64,000 bases of DNA from Elusimicrobiota bacterium (GTDB lineage Bacteria; Elusimicrobiota; Elusimicrobia; UBA1565; UBA9628): NCBI GenBank assembly GCA_023213235.1, contig CP096137.1, forward strand, positions 1,627,047 to 1,691,046. Direction: 5' to 3'. The notes below the pieces were generated by a model, which saw only the letters and a program-made list of their open reading frames with translations, did not search any database and had not been told where the DNA came from. Positions 40,987-51,826 of the stretch are shown here, in pieces; positions within the stretch are counted from its first letter, which is position 1; every line of letters starts with the position of its first letter. Position numbers and translations under genes: made by a program.

Positions 40987-42560
40987 ACGCGGCCGCGCCC
41001 CTGCCGATCGCCGCCGTCCAGCTCTACGCCTGCGGCCTGTTCCTCGCCGCCTGGGCGCAGATGGGCTGGGTCGACTGGAAGGAGCAGAAGATCCGCAACC
41101 AGTACCTCTGGTTCTGGGCCAAGCTCGCGCTCGCCGGCTGGCTGGCTCTGGCCCTCCACTCGGCGGCCGGAGAGCTCGGCTGGACCCGCGTCTACATCGT
41201 GCCCTCCTACTACCCGGCGCTCCTCGGCCACGCGGCGTTCTCGGCGGCGGCGGCCTACGCGCTGTGGTGGCTGCGCATCTGGCCCGCCGGCGACGTCAAG
41301 CTCTTCGCGCTCCTCGCGCTCGTCCTGCCGTTGACGCGCGTGCCCGCCCAGTTCCGCTCGGGGACGATGTTTCTCGAGGTGCTGATCAACGTCTTCGTGC
41401 CCGCGGCGGCCTTCCTGTTCCTGACGGCCGGCGCCTACCTGTGGCGCACGCGCTTCTCCGGCTGGTCGGACCGCGCGGCGGCCTGGGCGCGGGCGCGGAC
41501 GGCGGGGCTGTCCCTGCCGAAGGCCAAGGCGCCCTCGCTTCCCTCGGTCCCGGCGGAATGGCTGCGCGCCCCCGACGCGGCCCGCCTGCGCGCCGCCGTC
41601 GAGCCGGTGCGAGAGGTGCTGCTCGGCTGGTACGACCAGTACCGCGCCGAGCCGTTCATGCTCGTCAAGGACATCCTCTCGTGGCTGGCGATGATGGCGA
41701 CGATGTCGCTGATCTCCTACTACCTCAACGACGTGATCTCCTCCAACGTGCTCAAGACCCTGTTCTGCTTCGCCCTCATGTTCGGGTGGAGCCGCGTCTG
41801 CCAGTTGATCGGCACGGTGCAGGCGATGGGCCTGCTGATCGCCGCCCTGGCCTTCATGCTCCACCGCCACCCGAACGTTGATGTCCCGGCGCTGGCCGTG
41901 ATCTTCGGCCACATCACGGTCTTCTCGCTCTGCATCTTCCTCGGCATCCAGATCGCCTTCCGCATCCTCGCCGGCAAAACGGGCTGGGCGTTCCTGCCCG
42001 TGCTCATGATGTTCGTCGGCCTGATCCCGTGGAGCATGATGATCGGCTGGGTCTGGAGCGTCTTCGTGGAGGGCCTGCGCTCCGCGGCGCGGCTGCTCGG
42101 AACGGTCGAGGCCCCGGCGGTCTCCATCCCGCGCCTGCCGCCCGTCCCCGCGCTCGAGGCGCCCGGCGTTCCGGCTTGGCTGACCGCCCTCGAGGGCTCC
42201 GGTCTCGGCACGTGGGCCGCGATGGGCCTCTTCTTCGGCCTCGCGCTGGTTTTTGTTAAGATTTGGGACGCTGAGTCCTACAACTCCGTGCCCGTCGACC
42301 ACATCGAACCCTTCATGAACCTCGGGCCCTCCCTCGTCGAGCGCATCGAGGCCGACGAGGACTTCCGCGACGAGCACTTCCCGACCTTCTACGCCGACGG
42401 CCTGACGCGCGACCAGGTCGAGGCCCTCAAGGTCTGGTGCCGCGACGAGGGCATCGAGACCGTGCCGCTCGCGCCGACGATCTCCTTCGCGAACTGGATC
42501 TTTCTCGGCTACTTCCTGACCCGCGTCCTCGACGGCCACGTGCTGAGGTCCCTCTACTGA
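40983..42560 (+). CDS. Polytopic membrane protein with A24 prepilin-peptidase-like motif (IWPAGDVKLFALLALVLP) and large extra domains
   Basis: Track ORF of 525 aa with about 10 TM helices. It has a GDVKL aspartyl-peptidase-like motif and a soluble C-terminal roughly 100 aa. ATGA overlap with the upstream gene. Confidence 0.45.
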   Translation: MNAAAPLPIAAVQLYACGLFLAAWAQMGWVDWKEQKIRNQYLWFWAKLALAGWLALALHSAAGELGWTRVYIVPSYYPALLGHAAFSAAAAYALWWLRIWPAGDVKLFALLALVLPLTRVPAQFRSGTMFLEVLINVFVPAAAFLFLTAGAYLWRTRFSGWSDRAAAWARARTAGLSLPKAKAPSLPSVPAEWLRAPDAARLRAAVEPVREVLLGWYDQYRAEPFMLVKDILSWLAMMATMSLISYYLNDVISSNVLKTLFCFALMFGWSRVCQLIGTVQAMGLLIAALAFMLHRHPNVDVPALAVIFGHITVFSLCIFLGIQIAFRILAGKTGWAFLPVLMMFVGLIPWSMMIGWVWSVFVEGLRSAARLLGTVEAPAVSIPRLPPVPALEAPGVPAWLTALEGSGLGTWAAMGLFFGLALVFVKIWDAESYNSVPVDHIEPFMNLGPSLVERIEADEDFRDEHFPTFYADGLTRDQVEALKVWCRDEGIETVPLAPTISFANWIFLGYFLTRVLDGHVLRSLY

Positions 42561-43906
42561 TGAAGACCCTCGACGAGTTCCGCTGGATCTACGGCGGCGG
42601 CCTGAGCCCCGAGTGGGAGTGGGTCGTCCGCCGCCGCAGGGAGATCGCGCTGGCCGACCTCGCGCGCGTCGAGAAGGAGTACCTCGCGTCCGCGCCGCCC
42701 GGCGTGCGCAAGCGCCGCTACGCCGCGGGCCTGCGCTACTTCCTGCGCACCAAGGGGCCGGAGCGCGACCGCCTCGCCGTGCACCCGTGCTTCGACTACT
42801 GGCTCGACCTGCACGCCAAGCACTTCAAGAACCCGGCGGCGGACAGCGACTGGCACCTGCAGTTCGGCCTGTTCCAGGGCTTCGCGGCCTCGCTGGCTCT
42901 CGCGCGCGGCGACCGCCTCGAGCTCGACGCGACGGCCGACCCCGACGGGCGCTTCTTCCTGTACGGCTCGCCCAAGTTCGTCGCCTCGAAGCCGACCGCG
43001 GAGCTCACGATGAAGGCCGAAGGCGGACGCCTCGTCGCCTGCGGCAAGCCCGTGAAGCTCGAGCCGCTCGTCGAGGCCGTGCCCGGCATCACCGCCGACG
43101 ACCGCGGCTGGCTGCTCGTCCACGGCGTCACGATGCACGGGCTCGTCTCCCTCGAGGCGGCGGAGCGCGAGCGCTTCGCCGCGGTGCTCAAGCAGGCCTT
43201 CTCCGACCTCGCCGAGCGCGACCCCGGCCTGCACGCCGAGATGACCGACATGGTCTTCGCTCTCGTCCCGCTCAAGAACCCCGTCGAGCACGGCAGCGTC
43301 AGCTCCTCGTACGTGAACCTGCGCGGCGCGATCGCGCTCTCCCACGCCGAGGACCCGATCCTCCAGGCTGAGACCCTGATCCACGAGTTCTGCCACCAGA
43401 AGATGAACCAGCTGCTCGTCGTCGACCCGGTGCTGCTCCCCGGGCAAAGCGGCCAGGTGTTCTACTCGCCGTGGCGCGCCGACGCGCGCCGCCTGCGCGG
43501 CCTGCTGCTCGGCGCGCACGCGTTCCTCAACGTCGCGCGCTACCTCGCCACCTCGCTCGAGCGCGAGTCCCTGCCCGACCTCCAGAAGATCGAGCTGATG
43601 GTCAACGTCTCCCTGCGCCTCAACCAGGTCGAGGCGGCGATGAAGGCCCTGACCGGCTACGGCTCCTTCACCGAATTCGGCCGCCGCTTCGTGATGGGCA
43701 TGTGGCGCGAGGTCGAGCTCCTGCGCCACGCGACCTTGTGGTACCCGCCGGCCCTGCGCGCCGAGCAGGCCAAGGTCTCCGCCGCTCATCGCAAGAAGTA
43801 CGCGCTCGGCGAAACCGGCTTCCACAAGAGCGCGGCCCACGTCGACAAGATCCGCCGCACGCCGTTCCTCGGTCCGCAGGACGAGGAGCCCAAGGAGGCC
43901 GCGTGA
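42560..43906 (+). CDS. HEXXH-motif domain protein (LIHEFCHQKMNQLL ... YSPWRAD), putative peptide/protein-modifying metallo-enzyme
   Basis: ATG overlaps the upstream stop (TGATG). A single HExxH motif is followed by SPWR and LLGAHAF blocks, features recalled from TIGR04267-type proteins. There is no signal peptide. Confidence 0.5.
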   Translation: MKTLDEFRWIYGGGLSPEWEWVVRRRREIALADLARVEKEYLASAPPGVRKRRYAAGLRYFLRTKGPERDRLAVHPCFDYWLDLHAKHFKNPAADSDWHLQFGLFQGFAASLALARGDRLELDATADPDGRFFLYGSPKFVASKPTAELTMKAEGGRLVACGKPVKLEPLVEAVPGITADDRGWLLVHGVTMHGLVSLEAAERERFAAVLKQAFSDLAERDPGLHAEMTDMVFALVPLKNPVEHGSVSSSYVNLRGAIALSHAEDPILQAETLIHEFCHQKMNQLLVVDPVLLPGQSGQVFYSPWRADARRLRGLLLGAHAFLNVARYLATSLERESLPDLQKIELMVNVSLRLNQVEAAMKALTGYGSFTEFGRRFVMGMWREVELLRHATLWYPPALRAEQAKVSAAHRKKYALGETGFHKSAAHVDKIRRTPFLGPQDEEPKEAA

Positions 43907-44502
43907 ACGCCAAGGAGCGGGGAGAATTCCTGAAAGCCGTGCGCTCCTGCTTCCCGGAGCTCGACACGAAGCCGCTCGCCGCGGCCGCCGAGGCCTGCGA
44001 GGCGCCGGGACGCTGGGAGGTCTCCGTGCGCGGCGGCGGCCTGGAGAGGATCGGCCTGCGCTTTTTCGGCGAGGGGGACTACGGCGCCTGGTCGAAGAAG
44101 GCCGCCGAGGCCTTCGCCGCGAAGGCCGGCGCCGCGCCGCGGCCGGGCTCTCCGTGGCTCGTCGTCGACTGGGACCTCAAGGCGGGCAAGGCCGCCGCGG
44201 TCAAGATCGGCGGGGCCTCGCCCAAGCCGGGCCGCTTCAAGCCCGGTTTCTTCGGCGAGCCCGCGCTCGACTCGGCTTTGGCCGACTTCGCCGCGCTGTG
44301 CCCGGTGTCCGGCTTCGCGCACGACGGCGCCTCGTGGTCCCTGACTCTCGAGAAGCCGCCGCGCTGGCCGCTGTTCGCGCGCACCGACGTCTCGGCGGCC
44401 TTCACGCCGCTCTCGTCGCAGCTGGCGCTTCTGCTCATCGACCGCAAGGTGACCGAGCTCTCGTTCGACGGGGAGGCGCTGTGGGCGCATTGCGCGGGAT
44501 GA
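43903..44502 (+). CDS. Hypothetical protein (about 200 aa)
   Basis: GTG overlaps the upstream stop. It is in the frame of ORF 43471..44502 and has no recognisable motifs. Confidence 0.35.
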   Translation: MNAKERGEFLKAVRSCFPELDTKPLAAAAEACEAPGRWEVSVRGGGLERIGLRFFGEGDYGAWSKKAAEAFAAKAGAAPRPGSPWLVVDWDLKAGKAAAVKIGGASPKPGRFKPGFFGEPALDSALADFAALCPVSGFAHDGASWSLTLEKPPRWPLFARTDVSAAFTPLSSQLALLLIDRKVTELSFDGEALWAHCAG

Positions 44503-45121
44503 AGAAGGTCTGCGTGCTCGCCAGCGGCGGCTTCGACAGCTCCGCGCTGATCGCCGACTACCTCGACCGCGGCTGGGAGGTGCACCCGTTCTACGCGCGC
44601 TCCGGCTTCTACTGGGAGAAGGCCGAGCTGTTCTGGCTGCGCAAGTTCCTGCTTCGCCTCAAGTCGAAGAAGCTCAAGCCTCTGACGGTCGCCGACGTGC
44701 CGATGAAGTGGATCATGAAGGACCACTGGAGCATGAACGGCAAGGGCTCGCCGTCCTCGCGCGCGGCCTGGGACTCGGTGTACCTGCCCGGGCGCAACTT
44801 GATCCTGCTCAGCCAGGCCGGCGTCTACGCGGCCACGCACGGCGTGCCCGTCGTGGCCCTCGGCGTCCTCAAGGGAAACCCGTTCGCCGACTCGCGCCCG
44901 AAGTTCCTCGCCGACATGCAGTCGGCGATCAACGACGCCCTGCGCGCGCGCCTGAAGGTCGTCGCTCCCTACACGAAGCGGAGCAAGCACCAGGTGGGCG
45001 CGATCGTCGCGAAGCTCGCCAAGCGCTTTCCGCTCGAGCTGACCTTCTCCTGCCTGCACCCGCGCGGCGTGAAGCCCTGCGGCAAGTGCAGCAAGTGCGG
45101 GAGACCCGCACCAAGCTCTAG
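44499..45121 (+). CDS. queC: QueC-like PP-loop ATPase (7-cyano-7-deazaguanine synthase family); frameshifted near 45100
   Basis: Reads MKKVCVLASGGFDSSALIADYL (SGGxDS PP-loop), then LPGRNLILLSQAGVYA, then TFSCLHPRGVKPCGKCSKC. One extra G redirects the frame to ...CAETRTKL*, a QueC-like Zn-Cys4 C-terminus ending at 45121. Confidence 0.55.
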
Positions 45122-45596
45122 CGTCCTGTCTTCTTCCACATCCGCGGATCGAAGAGATATGGAATGGGGTCGGAAATGATCAGTTTTGAAAAATCGGCGT
45201 GCGCGGGATTGATCAGGATGTTGGTTTCCACCGGCGTTATGGCCGAGGGGAGGACGAGGATCGCGGATTCGCCCGATGAGATCCACTCGTCCCCTCGAGC
45301 TTGAGTCGCCTCGGGAGTCGGATTATCCTTCCAGCCCGGGGGAGATCTATTTCCGTCCATTCCCGGATCGCGATCCCGTCCGGGATGTCGATCGAATAGC
45401 TGGCATGACGGATGAGCATTCCGTCCTCCCCCAGATGCACGAATTTCTCGAGGGCGGCGAGGGAGAGGCTCGACGCCGCGTAGACCACCCGCCGGGAGGG
45501 AGTGTTCCAGCGTCCGGCATAGATGCGGGAGCCTTCTCCGGAGAACGCGTCCGCTTTCGCGCGGCTGGCTTTGTCGATGCGCCAGGCGCGGATCAA
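45118..45596 (-). CDS. RES-domain toxin (type II TA); frameshifted near 45300
   Basis: ORF 45237..45596 shows RIYAGRWNTPSRRVVYAASSLSLAALE (the R..E..S signature). The C-terminus lies in ORF 45118..45360. The locus has locally lower GC. Confidence 0.6.
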
Positions 45597-46027
45597 GGCA
45601 GGACGCCGTATTCGAGCTGGCCGAGCAAGGTCTCGACGGCCCGGGAACCCGGGTCGGTGTCGAGCATGTCCATCGGGACCTTCCCTCCGAGCCCGGGCTG
45701 AGGGCGCTGCAGCCAGCGCACGGCCGGAGGCACGTCCTCGAAGAGATCGACGGCCATCTTCAGGACCCGAAGGGCGCGATAGAGCCGGTCGCTGGCGACG
45801 GGATCAAGGCTTGCCTTGTCGCGCTTGGTGCGCGTCAGAGTGCGGTCGCTCACTCCGATGATGCGGGCGAAAGCCTTGTCCTTTATCTGGAAGGCCTCCT
45901 GGGCTCGGCGGACGTTGGCCCATTTGAAGCCGTCGTGGATGGTCTGGGACGCGGCGGCCCCCGCTTGCGGCCGGTCGGCCAGCAGGGAGAACAGGAGGCT
46001 CAGCGACGGAGCGAGAGTTGTAGCCAT
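45593..46027 (-). CDS. Xre-type antitoxin partner of the RES toxin (MbcA/ParS-like)
   Basis: Track ORF of 144 aa. A C-terminal toxin-binding region (GKVPMDMLDTDPGSRAVETLLGQLEYGV) is preceded by an HTH-like region. Its stop overlaps the RES start. Confidence 0.55.
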   Translation of the reverse strand: MATTLAPSLSLLFSLLADRPQAGAAASQTIHDGFKWANVRRAQEAFQIKDKAFARIIGVSDRTLTRTKRDKASLDPVASDRLYRALRVLKMAVDLFEDVPPAVRWLQRPQPGLGGKVPMDMLDTDPGSRAVETLLGQLEYGVLP

Positions 46028-46068
46028 TTGTCCATATTATACAGGACAAATGTCCAAACGTCAAGGCG
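46028..46068 (-). promoter_or_regulatory. Sigma70 promoter TTGACG-N17-TATAAT with overlapping inverted repeats (TA operator)
   Basis: Minus-strand reading ccTTGACGtttggacatttgtcctgTATAATatggacaaATG. CATTTGTCC and GGACAAATG form an inverted repeat flanking the -10 element. Confidence 0.55.
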
Positions 46069-46989
46069 TCAGGCCAGTTCGGCGGTGGGAACGGCGATGC
46101 CCGCGTACGAGCCGGCCTCGAGCTGATCTCCGAGCCAGGTCACCGGCTGAGGCTTGAACGACGCCTCGACGAAGGTCCGGCAGCCGGCGGCGTGCGCGGC
46201 GCGGACCGCCTCGAGGTGCTTCTCGCAGGCGACGGTCTGCTCCGCCAGGAGTTCCTTGATGCGCGCGGGGTCGGTCTCGGCCTTGCCGGACGTGCCCATG
46301 AATACGGGCACCTTGGGCGCCTTGAGGTCGAGCGACTTAACGACCTCTTGGAGGGCGAGCTTCGCGGGCGCGAACGCGGCGGTGTGGTACGGGCCCTCCA
46401 CCTTGAGGACCTTCACCTTCACGGGCCAGTCCTCGGCGACGGCCTTCGCGGCGTAGGCCTCAAGCGCGGCGGCGGTTCCGCCGAGCGTGCCCTTCGTGAT
46501 CGTGTTCCACAGCGCGACGGAGACGCCGGGGACCTCGGAGGCGGAATCGGCGACGTCCTGGAAATCGTCGGACGCCGCGGCCGCGAGTCCCATCGGCTCG
46601 GAGAAGCCTTTGCAGCAGTCGGAGAACGCCTTGGCGCGCGCGGCGATGAAGCGGCCGCTGTCCTCGACGGTGAGCGCCTCGGCCGCGACGAGCGCGGCGA
46701 CGACGCCCATCGAGTGGCCGACGGCGCCGTTGAGTTCCGTGCCGGGATTCTTGGCGAGATAGGCGAACCAGTGGCCGAGATGCGAGGCGTGGATCGCGCG
46801 CTGCGCGTTGAAGGTGAGCGCGAGCTCCGGATCGGGCATCGTCGTCAGCAAGGTCTCGAGGTCGGCGCCGAGGGAGGGCTTGAGCCGGTCGATCACGGCC
46901 TTGGCGGCGGGGATCTTCAGCAGTTCCTTGCCCATGCCGGCTTCCTGAACCGACTGCCCGGCGAACAGCGCGCAGACTTTCTCGCTCAT
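46069..46989 (-). CDS. fabD: Malonyl-CoA:ACP transacylase (acyltransferase domain)
   Basis: FAGQSVQEAGMG N-terminus, GHSMGVVAALVAAEAL (GHSxG active-site Ser) and a conserved His region near the C-terminus. Confidence 0.65.
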   Translation of the reverse strand: MSEKVCALFAGQSVQEAGMGKELLKIPAAKAVIDRLKPSLGADLETLLTTMPDPELALTFNAQRAIHASHLGHWFAYLAKNPGTELNGAVGHSMGVVAALVAAEALTVEDSGRFIAARAKAFSDCCKGFSEPMGLAAAASDDFQDVADSASEVPGVSVALWNTITKGTLGGTAAALEAYAAKAVAEDWPVKVKVLKVEGPYHTAAFAPAKLALQEVVKSLDLKAPKVPVFMGTSGKAETDPARIKELLAEQTVACEKHLEAVRAAHAAGCRTFVEASFKPQPVTWLGDQLEAGSYAGIAVPTAELA

Positions 46990-47018
46990 GCGGCTATTTT
47001 ATCTTTTCGTCGACGCGG

Positions 47019-49398
47019 TCAGACCACGGTGCGCGGCATCGAGGCGTCCCAGCAGCCCTCGAGCGCCTTGCGGAAGGCGAGCGCGTCCGCCGGGCGGCGG
47101 GACGGGTCGGGGGACAGCGCCATGGAGAAGAAGGCGTCGAGCTGGGCGGGCAGGGCCGGGCGCTGGCGCGTGATCGGCACGAACTCCCCGCGCATCTTGG
47201 GGCCGAGGTAGTCCGGGCCGATGAACGGGCGCTTGCCGCACAGCAGCTCGTAGGTCATCACCGCGAGCGCGTACAGGTCGGAGGCCGGGAGCACGGAGCC
47301 CATCGCCTGCTCGGGCGCCATGTAGGGGGCGTGCCGCTCGCGGAGGTCTGCGTCGCGGCCGCGCCGCTGCGGGACTGGTGCGCGATGCCGAAATCCATGA
47401 TCTTCGCCGCGCCGTCGGCGGCGAGCATGACGTTCGAGGGCTTGAGGTCGCGGTGGATGATGCGGCGCGAATGCGCGGCCGCGAGCGCCGAGCACAACTC
47501 GGAGACGATGCGGCGCGCGGCGTCGGGGTCCAGCGGGCCGTCGTCGAGCGCCTTGTCGAGCGGCTTGCCTTCGATCAGCTCGAAGACGAGGAACAGCCCG
47601 CCGTCGTCGACCGCGGCGTAGATCTCGGCGACGTTCGGGTGCTTGAGCTGGGCGACGAGGCGCGCCTCCTGCAGGAAGCGCGCGGCGTCCTCCGGCGAGG
47701 CGCGGAAGTCCGACTGCATCTGCTTGAGCGCGACGGGACGCTTGAGGCGCTCGTCGAGCGCCTCGAAGACGACGCCCATGCCGCCGCGGCCGAGCTCGCG
47801 CGTGATCGTGTACTGCCCGGCGACGGTGTCGCCGCGGCCGACGGTGCGGTCCGGGCCGTCGCTCGCGGCGGAGGCCGTCGCCGCTCGCGCGCGGCGGGTG
47901 GCGACGCGCGCGCCGCCGACGAGCCCCGCGAGCACGAGCAGCAGCGACAGCGCGATCGCGCCGCCGCGCACGAGCCTGCGGCGGACGGCCTCGCTGGGGC
48001 CGGACGGCGCGGGGCCGCGGCCGAGGCGGCGCAGGGCCTCGTCGGCGACGGGAGTCAGAGCGGGGTCCAGGCGCGCGGCCTCACGGTACTCGGCGACCGC
48101 GTCGTCCACGCGGGCCAGCTTTTCCAGGATTTGGGCGCGCAGCAGATGTCCGGCCGCGCTGCCGGCGTCGAGAGCCAGCGCGCGGTCGGCGGCGGAAAGC
48201 GCCTCCTCGAGGCGGCCGAGCTGCATCAGCGCGTCGGCCTTCGCCCGCCACCCGCGCGCGTCGTTGGGATTGCGGGCGAGCACGCGCTCGGCGTCGGCGA
48301 GGCCGGCCGCCGGATTTTTCATCGCGTTCGAGATCTCGGCGCGCAGAGTGCGGGCCGCGTCGTCGTCGGGGTTCTGATCGAGAGCCAGGGTCAGGTCCGC
48401 GAGCGCGCCCGCGTAGTCGCCGAGGACCGCCTTGCGGTGGGCGAGCTTGAGGTGCGGCGGCCCGGCGAGCGGCTCCGGAGCGGGTCCGCCGGAGCCCGAC
48501 GGCGCGGCGCCGAGCGGGGGACGGAACCCGCGGGAACGCGCGCCACGCCTCCGGCCGCGCCGGTATCGGGGGCTTCTTTTTCCTCGAAGCCGGGCCTGGC
48601 GCCGGGCCCTTTGAGCCTGGATTTCGCGAGCACCGCCTCGGCGAAGGCGAGCGCGTCCTTGGCCCGCTTGTTGGTCGGGTCCAGCGCCAGCGCGCGCTTC
48701 GCCCAGCGCGCGGCTTCCGACGGGTCGTCGCGCGTCAGCGCGGTCTCGGCGAGGACCGCCGGGCCCCGGGCGTCGTCGGGCTTGCGCTCGACGGCGAGCT
48801 TGGCGACGCGTTCGGCGTCGGCCGGGCTGCCGGCGGCCAGGTGCTGCTCGGCCACCTTGCCGGCCTTGGCGAAGTCGGGCTTGGGCCCGCCGAGGGCGGT
48901 CTTCTCGACGAGGTCGACCGCCTTCTGCGGCGGCGTCACCGCCCCCGGCGTGCCGGCGGGAGACGGCGGGTTGAATTCGAGCTCGTTGAGCGGCTTGATC
49001 TTCTGGAGAGCGACGAAGCCCGGAGCGGTTTCATTGTACTCGCGGTAGGCGTCGTACTCGGGGCCCGTCGCTGATTGGCCCCGCATCTGGGCGTCCATGA
49101 AGACGCTCCAGGAGATGTCGTACCTCGTGGACGCCTCTTGATAGGTTTTCTCTTCGTCGGGAGATCGCTTCTTGCCGACCAATGGCTTCATCACGGCCGA
49201 GGCCTCGTCGGCCAGCGCGCGGCAGGCGGAGATGACGGCGTCCTGATAGGCCCCGCAGCGGGCGACGCCGTCGGAGGACGCCGTTGCGCATTCCGCTTTG
49301 ACGCCCGCGGGCGAGAACGCGTTCAGCGAGCATTCCGCCGCGGCGGCCGGCGAGGTCAAGGTGAGCGCGGCCAACAGCGCCGCGAGGGGTCGGCTCAT
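47019..49398 (-). CDS. Receptor-type Ser/Thr protein kinase: signal peptide, periplasmic TPR-rich domain, TM helix, Hanks kinase; two frameshifts
   Basis: ORF 48391..49398 (signal peptide MSRPLAALLAALTLTSPAAAA, TPR-like) joins ORF 47258..48322 (TPR, TM helix AIALSLLLVLAGLVGG, GRGGMGVV...HRDLKPSNV...DFG), which joins ORF 47019..47495 (APE...). Confidence 0.6.
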
Positions 49399-49451
49399 CC
49401 CCGGAGTGTAGCCTCCTCCAGGAGCGGCGTCAAGGCGACAAAAGTCGCCGA

Positions 49452-50695
<1,244 letters not shown>

Positions 50696-50699
<4 letters not shown>

Positions 50700-51826
50700 T
50701 TGGGCTCCAGGGCCTTGTCGAAGGCGGCGCGGAATTCGGCGGCGTCGGAGAAGCGGGCGGCGGGGTCGGGCGCGAGAGCCTTCTTGAAGAAAAGATCGAT
50801 CGACAGAGGCAGGGTCGTGCGGCGGTTGCTCGCGGAGACGAACTCGCCGTCGGCCTTGGCCTTCGAGTCGTCGAAGGGCGTCCGGCCGACGAGCAGGAAG
50901 TAGGCGGTCGCGCCGAGGGAGAACACGTCGCCGCGCGGGCTCGCGACGCCCTCGGGCGCGGCGCAGCCGTCGAACGACGTCGGCGGGCCCGGAGGCAGCA
51001 GGGAGAGCACGGCGTCCTTGTCGAAGACGAGCGAGTCGGGCGAGACGCCGCCGTGGCCGTGCCCGGAGGCGTGGACGGCGCCCACGAGCGCGCAGGCCTG
51101 GGCCATCACGCGGCGCACGAACGCGGGCTCGAAGGGCCCGCGCTTGGAATACGCCTCGACCAAGGTCTCGACGCCTTTCAGCCGCTCGGGCCGCGCCCCG
51201 CGCTTGGAGACGGGCACGTACGCCAGGCCCTGCGCGGCGGCCAGCGGCGAGGACGCCTCCTCCTCCTGCTTGCCGCGGGCGAACAGGAAGGCGGCGCCGC
51301 CGAAGACGGCGACGAGCCCGGCGAGATAGGGGACGGCCGACGGGCGGCGGCGCTTGGCGGGGGCTCGGAGGCCGGCCCGCCGAGGGGATCCGCCGCGCGA
51401 GCCGAGACAGGAGGGACGGGCGCCGGGCCCGGCGCGGGGTGCGGAGCAGGACGGCGGCGAGCTCGTTCTTGCGCGCCAGGTGGAGGTAGTCGCGAATCGG
51501 CGTCTCGGAGAGGCCGCTGACGAACGGAGGATTGCGCGCGCCGGCGTCCATCAAGGCGCGCGCGTTGTCGAGGACGCCCTCGAGCTCGGCGACGGGCGCG
51601 CCGCCGAGGCGGACGCTCCGGACGGCCTGCTCGTACACGCTCGCGCAGGCCTGGCTGAAGACTCCGAGCGCGTGGGCGCACTGCTCCTGCGTCCTTCCCT
51701 TCCCGCAGACCGCGGGCTCCCGCGCGGCGACGAGGCCCGGACGGCAGTACTGGGCGCCGGAGATCCGCGTTTCTCCGGCGGAGCCGGGGGCGGCGAGGAC
51801 GGCGAGAAGGAGCAGGGCCCTCACGA
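50696..51826 (-). CDS. Membrane-anchored protein with extracytoplasmic N-domain and C-terminal degenerate (pseudo)kinase-like domain; boundaries uncertain
   Basis: ORF 50696..51217 shows HGGVSPDSLVF (HRDLKPxN replaced) and DVFSLGATAYFLLVGRTPF. Upstream are the TM helix AVPYLAGLVAVFGGAAF and a signal-peptide-like VRALLLLAVLAAPGSA near 51826. At least one frame break. Confidence 0.35.
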
